Shown piece by piece: positions 57,752-64,000 of a stretch of 64,000 bases of DNA. Origin of the DNA: Paramoeba atlantica. Taxonomy: Eukaryota > Protista > Discosea. Positions within the stretch are counted from its first letter, which is position 1. Each line of letters starts with the position of its first letter. A program made the translations under genes and the position numbers. The DNA lies in contig CDRNVI010000015.1 of NCBI GenBank assembly GCA_977017575.1, positions 186,001 through 250,000 of the forward strand, written 5' to 3'. A model generated the notes under the pieces. That model was not told the origin of the DNA. It saw nothing but the letters and a program-made list of their open reading frames with translations, and searched no databases.

Positions 57752-59002
57752 ATGCCGAATCTCCATGTATCTCTGTACAGAACTGTGCTCAAGAAAGCGA
57801 ACTCAATTTTGCGTGCATACAACGGAAACTTACACTGGGCGACAAAATCCATCTTTGGTAATGCCATTCATCCTCTCTATTGGAACACCATAGGCTCCAC
57901 CCCACGTGACATCATACGACACTATTTCACTAAAGGCCTCCCCCCCGGTCTCTCCCCCCGTACCCGCTCCCTCATTGTCTTCGAACTCCTCAAACGCATG
58001 AACCTCGCCGTCGCGGACCCCTCCTCCGAGCGCAGTCTCCTTCACCCCATCTCCCTTCGTCGTGGCGACGCCCCCCCCTTCCACGTCACCAGCTACCAGG
58101 AAGACGCCCTCCCCCCACCCCCTCGACTCACCCTCCGTGGCGACCCCTTCTGGGCCATCCAACTCTGCTGCCCCTCCGTGTGCTTCCCCTGGAAGGAGGA
58201 GTTCACCTGGGTCAATCCCCCCCACCCCCTCCCCCCCTCTTCCCCCCCCTCCTCCCCCAAACTCCTCTCCACCTCAACGATCACCACCACCGCGAAAGTC
58301 GAGGTCGCGGTCACCACGCGACTCATCTGCGCCCATAAGGAAACCCACAACCACGTGTTTGAGTACCGCATCAAAATCACCAACACGGGGAGCCCCGGGC
58401 GCGACCCCACCGTCCAGGTCCTCTCCCGCCACTGGTACTTCCTGGACTGGCACTGCGAGACGCTGGTGGAGGTGGTGGGGAAAGGGGTGCTGGGGCAGTT
58501 CCCGTGGCTCCCCCCCGGCGAGAGCCACACCTACACCTCCGGGACGGATCTAAGCTCCCGACATGGCGTGATGAAGGGGCTGTTGCAGGTGGCACGGTTT
58601 GCGTGCCCTCCCCCGCGTGGGGGAGGGGGGGAGACAGCCGTGGAGGAGGAGGAGGAGGGGATACCGCCTGAGGGGGATGTCGTGGAGGCGTTGGAAAGGG
58701 AGCTTACAGCAAAGGCGTCTGTGGTGCAAGGGGGTGTGAAAGGGGGGGAACAAGAGAAGGGGGAAACGGGAAACAAGGGGGTGGATGATAAAAAGCGGGA
58801 AAAAAGGGAGAGAGGTAAAGAAAAAAGTCATGGTGTAAAACCCGACGTGTCGAAGTGTTCTGAAAGTGTATGCTCGGACGTTCCTGTATCGAAGAATGAG
58901 AAAAAAGTTGAAGCACCTAGCGATTCGCAACCTTCTCAACCTCCGGAAACGTTCATTGATATGATTGACGTTTTCGTTGCACCGACTTTATTTTCCGGTT
59001 AA
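57752..59002 (+). CDS. ApaG-domain protein with LYR-like N-terminus
   Basis: FEYRIKITN, VQVLSRHW, VVGKGVLGQFPWLPPGESHTYTSGT, GVMKG; N-terminal SLYRTVLK. Confidence 0.85.
   Translation: MPNLHVSLYRTVLKKANSILRAYNGNLHWATKSIFGNAIHPLYWNTIGSTPRDIIRHYFTKGLPPGLSPRTRSLIVFELLKRMNLAVADPSSERSLLHPISLRRGDAPPFHVTSYQEDALPPPPRLTLRGDPFWAIQLCCPSVCFPWKEEFTWVNPPHPLPPSSPPSSPKLLSTSTITTTAKVEVAVTTRLICAHKETHNHVFEYRIKITNTGSPGRDPTVQVLSRHWYFLDWHCETLVEVVGKGVLGQFPWLPPGESHTYTSGTDLSSRHGVMKGLLQVARFACPPPRGGGGETAVEEEEEGIPPEGDVVEALERELTAKASVVQGGVKGGEQEKGETGNKGVDDKKREKRERGKEKSHGVKPDVSKCSESVCSDVPVSKNEKKVEAPSDSQPSQPPETFIDMIDVFVAPTLFSG
57900..58810. other. C-rich to G-rich compositional island 4
   Basis: C-rich 57900-58440, G-rich 58450-58810. 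Confidence 0.88.
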
Positions 59003-59321
59003 GTCAAATCCCTTCTTTTGCACCGTTTGAACATTTTTAGTCAGTTTGAGTTGGTTGGAGATTTACTCCATGTATAACCAAGGATATAGCTTTACTCTAT
59101 TTGCACAAAACGTGCCTATAGAAAGCCTGTTGTGGGATATTCTGCATTGTTGATTTTCTTAAAATGGCGTTTATTATACGCTATACTATAACGCATAATT
59201 TTGTAAGATTATGGAGACGTTCCCATAACTGGGCGTCAAGAGGCAAAAGTAAGGGAATGGGGCTGTTCTACTTTACAGTGTGCGTAAGCATTATTTTCCT
59301 TTGCTACGATTCCTTATCACC

Positions 59322-62300
59322 ATGAATGCTCCTTTCAACAACGCAGCTCTTGAGCGCATGGAACACGACTGGATCAATGCAAACAAAAGAAAATATTGTC
59401 CTGATCATACGAGCAAAGTACATTCTACTGCACGCGATGCACTTCCAGTCGAATATCTACGGAAGCTTGTTCGCGACAACTGTGATTTGACGGGGAAGAA
59501 AAACCGGGAAGAACGTGCGCTTCATGTTTCTGCGCTGCGTTATCTACCCCAGGCGATCATGAAACTCTGGGAAAATATTCCAATGCCTTGGGAAACTGTA
59601 CGCGAAGCTACCGTCGCTTTTCATACCACAGGAGCTCTTACGATTATTACAGAAACTCCAAAAGTTTTAAGTTCTGTATTTAAAGCGCAATGGGGCGCCA
59701 TGTGGACCAGGATGAGGAAGGAAAAAAGCATTCGAGTCCACTTTCTGCGTGCACAAGTCACGCCTGTCTTTGATGATGAAGAGCCTCCCGTAGACTATGG
59801 AGACGTCGTGCTCGACCTTCCTGAACAGGATTCGGTTCCATTTGATCTCGATGAGACTGAAAACGAGAAAGCTATGGAATTGCTGCTTGCAACTACGAAC
59901 CTTTCAGGGAACGAGGGGGTTATTATACCAATCCAAACGCAGCTTACTTTCTTTCGACAATGTCGTATACTCGCTGGTGAGGTGGAAGACTCAAATTATT
60001 TTTACCTGTTTGATACAGATACGTTTCTTACCGGGAAAGCACTCGGAGTGGCAATTCCTGGAGCTCCTCGATTTCAGCCTCTGTATCACGATGCGCATGA
60101 CGAAGAGGAATGGACAGAGTTTAATGACCTCAATAAAGCCGTTATTCGTCAGCCTCTTCGAACCGAACACCAGCTTGCTTTTCCACATTTGTACAACTCT
60201 CGTCCTCGGAATGTTTCGATCTCTTCATATCACTTTCCGCTCATGATGTACCTACGATGTGTCGACCCTGAACTCGATGCTTTTTCGTACGATCCTTGCG
60301 TATGTCCAGTACCATACTCAAAAACAATTCATGATTGCGATCGGGATGGTGGCTTTCATGAAATTAATAACATGCCTCTCGACTTTATGCCATTTTTTTC
60401 GAACCTTCCATTGTGTACCACCTCTACGGCACCCGCTGTAGAATTATTTTGGACAAATCTCACTTCCCGACGTGAATTTCCCCTTTGTCGAACCGAGATA
60501 CAATTGGTAAACTCATGGAGCAAAGAACGTAGTTTAGATTCATTGCCTGCCAAGGTTCGAATTTCCTACCAGAAGATTTTAAAGCAACATACGCACAATT
60601 CAATGGTTAAGAGGAAGAAGGATTTTGGTATATGTGAAAAGCAGGACAATCCTCATCAGGTTTCCCTCCGTTCGTCGAAACAGAGCTTAGGCGATTTTCT
60701 CCTTGAATCAAGAAATTTTATTAGTTCGAGAGTTGATTGGTTAGAAGCTGGACTGCAATTGTGTCGTCAAGCGCATAACATGCTGACACTACTTCTTCAG
60801 CGACGAAATATGGATTTCCTTCATTTGGACTACAATTTCCATCTCAAACCAGTAAAAGCACTTACTACAAGGCAACGCAAACGTAGTCGGTTGGGACCTG
60901 CATTTCACCTTCCCCGCGAAATTATGGGGCTTACAAAATCAATGTTGGATTTACACGTCAAACATCGATTAGGCGAGCTCGATGCTTTCCAGCTTGCGGA
61001 TGCATTGCAATACCTTTTTACTCACGTGGGAAAACTAACTGGATTATACCGATATAAGTATCGAATTATGCGCCAGATAAAGTGGGCTAAAGATATCAAG
61101 CACATTCTTTATTATCGTTTCAACACCGGTCCGGTAGGCAAAGGGCCTGGTATGGGTTTCTGGGTTCCAGTTTGGCAAATGTGGCTTTCTTTTTTTCGTG
61201 GAATAGTACCAGTTGTGCAGAGATACATTTCGAACATGTTATCACGTGAATTCGAAGGAAGAAACGTCAAGGGAAACGCTAAAAAGGTAACTAAGCAAAG
61301 ATCTGAAGCTAATTACGATCGCGAGCTCCGTCAAACTATAACTCAGGAAGTGGCCGATATGATACCACCTGGAATGAGGGAAAAGAAAATCAAACTTGTG
61401 TTGCAGCATTTCAGCGAAGCCTGGCGACGAAGAAAAAGCAATCAGCCTTGGAGAGTTCTCGGTCTTTCTCCAAATATTGAAGCACTCATATTGCGTTTCG
61501 TAAAACGAAAGGAGGAGTGGTGGGCAATGTCAGCACAACAGAACCGCATGAGAGTTATTTCCGGTCAAGCTGTTGATAAAGCATCAGTCAGAAAAAATCA
61601 CGGACGCTTGGTGCGCCTACAACTGAAGACTGAGCAGGAACGTCAAAAAGATTGGATTTCGAACGGACCATATCTCTCCACAAATGACTTTACGGGAATA
61701 TACACACTCATGGCAAAGTGGTTGGCCAGCCAGAAATTTCAACCAATACCCTTTCCTCCAGTAAATTATAAGCATGACATGAAAATATTACGGCTCGCTC
61801 TTGACAAGCTTAAAGAAAATCACGGAGCTCCTGGTTCTCGTACGACGTCAACAGCCAAGACAGAACAGCTTAAAATCGAAGAAGCTTTCAATAATCCCCA
61901 ATCAACGATCAATGGTATCAAAAAGAGGTTGATGCAAATGCGCTCCTTTAAGGATATGACAATTGAATATGTGGACTTCTTTACTCATATGCTTCCCGTA
62001 TATGACATTGAACCAGACGAAAAAATTATGGATGCATACCTTACGCAATATTTGTTTTATGAATCAAGCCGTAGGGGTCTCTTTCCGAGTTGGATTAAGC
62101 CAAGCGATGATCTTCCTAACCCAGCCCGTCTATACAATTGGTGTCAATCAATTAACAATGTTCCGGGGGTATGGGAGACCTCTCGAGGAGAAAGCACTAT
62201 TTATGTTGAGACTAAAATTGAACATTTATCTGACAAGGTTGAACACACTTTGTTAAATCAAATGCTTCGCCTAGTCATGGATACTCATCTGGCGGATTAT

Positions 62301-64000
62301 ATGACGGCCCGCAACAACGCATCTTTAACTTACAAAGACATGAATCATACCCAAAACTATGGTATTATTCGCGGTTTACAATTCGCTCCTTTTTTAATCC
62401 AATTTTGGGGTCTTGCCATTGATCTTACGATCCTTGGCCTCGCACGAGCTGCAGAGCTGTGTGATGGGCGTGATAGTCCATCTCACGCTATGAATTCCCG
62501 TACAGCATCCGATTTTCAGGCCCATCACATAAAAATGTATATGAGGTATTTGGATAAGGTTCATATACTTTATCGCTTTTCTCAACGGCATGCTTCTGAT
62601 CTGATTGCCAAATTTCGACCCAAGTTGTCAGGAACTTCCGATTTGGGTAGAGAGATAAACTCTTATAAAATACATCAACATTGGCCCAAAGATATGCGTA
62701 TGCGTCTGCTTAGTCACGATGTATGCCTTGGTCGTTCGACATTCGATTTTGTGAAAAAACGAATTCCGGTTTCTCTTGCATCTATCACATTGGAAAACAC
62801 GTATATTTCGGTCTACTCTCGGGACAACCCCCAGCTTCAATTCTCTATGAATGGCTTCGAGGTATGCATTCGCCCTCGTGCGCGCATGCTTGACCCAGCG
62901 ATCGTTCCTGAGGATCAAAATATTTGGTCCCTAATAGATCATATCTCAAAGGCTGCCACCGCGTTTGCGTATCTCCGAGTAGCGGAAGAAGAAGTAAAGC
63001 AGTTGGAAATTCGTCTTCGTTTAGTGCTACTAAACAGTGGACAAACTCCGTTTAAGAAACTGGTTGAAAAATGGAATACACAGCTAGCCGCTTTTGTTGC
63101 CTACTATCGAGAAGCAATTTATGGTACTCCAAGCGTCCTTCCGGTTTTACTAAAAGGGGAAACCAGAATACAAAATAGAATTAAAGTGCAACTTAACTCA
63201 AAGATGGCAAAACGTTTTCCCCCTGTTGTGTTCTATGCCCCCACGGATTTGTGGGGATTGGGTATGTTATCCGTTGGTCATTCCTTAATTCCACAAACCG
63301 ACCTTAGGTATGGGAAGCAAAGTTTATCTGATACTACTCACTTTCTAGCTGGGTTATCTCACGATGTAGGAGTGGAAATTCCGAACGTTTTGAGATACAT
63401 AACACCGTGGCAAGAGGAGATGAACGAATCTGCGCGAGTGTGGAGAGAGTATCGCCTTAAAAGCGAAGACGCAACGCGGAATAATAGAAGGATTGTTTTG
63501 GAAGACATAAACGAAATGAGAGGACTTGGTGTCCCAAGAATTGCAACTGCATTTCAGGCTGATAAGCAAACGCTTCTGTATGATGTCGGGTGGCGCGTTC
63601 GACAGGAGTTTAAGGTTCACAACGTACAGCGACCACAACCTTTTTGGTACATGAATGTAAGACATGATGGCAAACTTTTCAATTTTGATAAATACAAGGC
63701 TGACGTCGTACAAACCTTTGGAGGGATTGAATCCATACTTTCTCATTCTATATTTGGGGCGACAGGATACGAGGCCTGGGAAGGACTCGACTGGAACCGC
63801 ATAAGCAAGTTTGAAGAAAACATGAAAGGAAAAAAGATTTCGCATGCACAGCGCGGGGGTTTAAGCAAGATTCCCAATCAACGTTTCGCGTTATGGTGGT
63901 CACCCACCCTGAATCGATCTTCGGTGTATATGGGGTTTTTAACGCAGATCGACTTGACCGGAATCATGATGCACGCTAAATTACCGTTAGTCAAGGCGTC
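59322..64000 (+). CDS. PRP8: Prp8 spliceosomal U5 protein (5' part; runs off the window end)
   Basis: ATG 59322. LRKLVRDNCD, ENIPMPWE, FDDEEPPVDY, LHLDYNFHLKPVKALTT, RYKYRIMRQI, and WWSPTLNR at the end are all in the same frame. It is missing from the ORF track, consistent with no stop codon before 64000. Confidence 0.96.
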   Translation, partial: MNAPFNNAALERMEHDWINANKRKYCPDHTSKVHSTARDALPVEYLRKLVRDNCDLTGKKNREERALHVSALRYLPQAIMKLWENIPMPWETVREATVAFHTTGALTIITETPKVLSSVFKAQWGAMWTRMRKEKSIRVHFLRAQVTPVFDDEEPPVDYGDVVLDLPEQDSVPFDLDETENEKAMELLLATTNLSGNEGVIIPIQTQLTFFRQCRILAGEVEDSNYFYLFDTDTFLTGKALGVAIPGAPRFQPLYHDAHDEEEWTEFNDLNKAVIRQPLRTEHQLAFPHLYNSRPRNVSISSYHFPLMMYLRCVDPELDAFSYDPCVCPVPYSKTIHDCDRDGGFHEINNMPLDFMPFFSNLPLCTTSTAPAVELFWTNLTSRREFPLCRTEIQLVNSWSKERSLDSLPAKVRISYQKILKQHTHNSMVKRKKDFGICEKQDNPHQVSLRSSKQSLGDFLLESRNFISSRVDWLEAGLQLCRQAHNMLTLLLQRRNMDFLHLDYNFHLKPVKALTTRQRKRSRLGPAFHLPREIMGLTKSMLDLHVKHRLGELDAFQLADALQYLFTHVGKLTGLYRYKYRIMRQIKWAKDIKHILYYRFNTGPVGKGPGMGFWVPVWQMWLSFFRGIVPVVQRYISNMLSREFEGRNVKGNAKKVTKQRSEANYDRELRQTITQEVADMIPPGMREKKIKLVLQHFSEAWRRRKSNQPWRVLGLSPNIEALILRFVKRKEEWWAMSAQQNRMRVISGQAVDKASVRKNHGRLVRLQLKTEQERQKDWISNGPYLSTNDFTGIYTLMAKWLASQKFQPIPFPPVNYKHDMKILRLALDKLKENHGAPGSRTTSTAKTEQLKIEEAFNNPQSTINGIKKRLMQMRSFKDMTIEYVDFFTHMLPVYDIEPDEKIMDAYLTQYLFYESSRRGLFPSWIKPSDDLPNPARLYNWCQSINNVPGVWETSRGESTIYVETKIEHLSDKVEHTLLNQMLRLVMDTHLADYMTARNNASLTYKDMNHTQNYGIIRGLQFAPFLIQFWGLAIDLTILGLARAAELCDGRDSPSHAMNSRTASDFQAHHIKMYMRYLDKVHILYRFSQRHASDLIAKFRPKLSGTSDLGREINSYKIHQHWPKDMRMRLLSHDVCLGRSTFDFVKKRIPVSLASITLENTYISVYSRDNPQLQFSMNGFEVCIRPRARMLDPAIVPEDQNIWSLIDHISKAATAFAYLRVAEEEVKQLEIRLRLVLLNSGQTPFKKLVEKWNTQLAAFVAYYREAIYGTPSVLPVLLKGETRIQNRIKVQLNSKMAKRFPPVVFYAPTDLWGLGMLSVGHSLIPQTDLRYGKQSLSDTTHFLAGLSHDVGVEIPNVLRYITPWQEEMNESARVWREYRLKSEDATRNNRRIVLEDINEMRGLGVPRIATAFQADKQTLLYDVGWRVRQEFKVHNVQRPQPFWYMNVRHDGKLFNFDKYKADVVQTFGGIESILSHSIFGATGYEAWEGLDWNRISKFEENMKGKKISHAQRGGLSKIPNQRFALWWSPTLNRSSVYMGFLTQIDLTGIMMHAKLPLVKA

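Larger units (their letters stand above)
1..64000 (+). other. Directional gene cluster (probable polycistronic transcription unit) of a kinetoplastid-like eukaryote
   Basis: Every recognisable host CDS is on the + strand and intronless, with short pyrimidine-rich spacers. The only long credible minus-strand ORF is the retrotransposon. Ran ([10 protein letters not shown]) and eL43 ([17 protein letters not shown]) resemble trypanosomatid orthologues as I recall them. Taxonomy is an inference. Confidence 0.8.

Noticed and set aside
63770-63830. PRP8 intein
   Set aside because: The usual insertion site (FWEKA/SGFEE equivalent) is uninterrupted.
1-64000. CRISPR array, rRNA or tRNA genes
   Set aside because: No repeat-spacer periodicity and no recognisable rRNA or tRNA signatures were seen by eye; a covariance-model scan was not possible.

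Overview
A gene-dense, intron-free eukaryotic window. About 38 host CDSs all lie on the + strand, separated by short pyrimidine-rich spacers, which is the layout of a kinetoplastid-type directional (polycistronic) gene cluster. The Ran and eL43 sequences, a PRORP gene, a very divergent Prp8 and spliced-leader (SL)-like sequence also point to a kinetoplastid with a compact genome (Perkinsela-like is a guess). Recognisable genes: kinesin, RluA-type pseudouridine synthase, small Tim, Sec13, DPM1, phosphatidylserine synthase, Ran, PDK1-like kinase, Maf1, eL43, Usb1, CLN3-like transporter, PRORP, RPB7, PCID2, DEDDh exonuclease, ethanolamine-phosphate cytidylyltransferase, two PDIs, an ApaG protein and Prp8 (runs off the end). 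An 8-kb mobile-element nest (32565-40550) holds three elements. One is a TIR element with a decayed cargo gene. One is an intact Tc1-like DD32E transposon inserted into that cargo and carrying a trans-splice-acceptor-like signal. One is an intact antisense RLE-type non-LTR retrotransposon with five Mer3/HFM1-type Zn fingers, whose 5' end is built from stacked SL-like relics. Separately, four ~1-kb islands switch from C-rich to G-rich in the middle of genes, including at synonymous sites. All calls come from motif recognition by eye; no searches were run.
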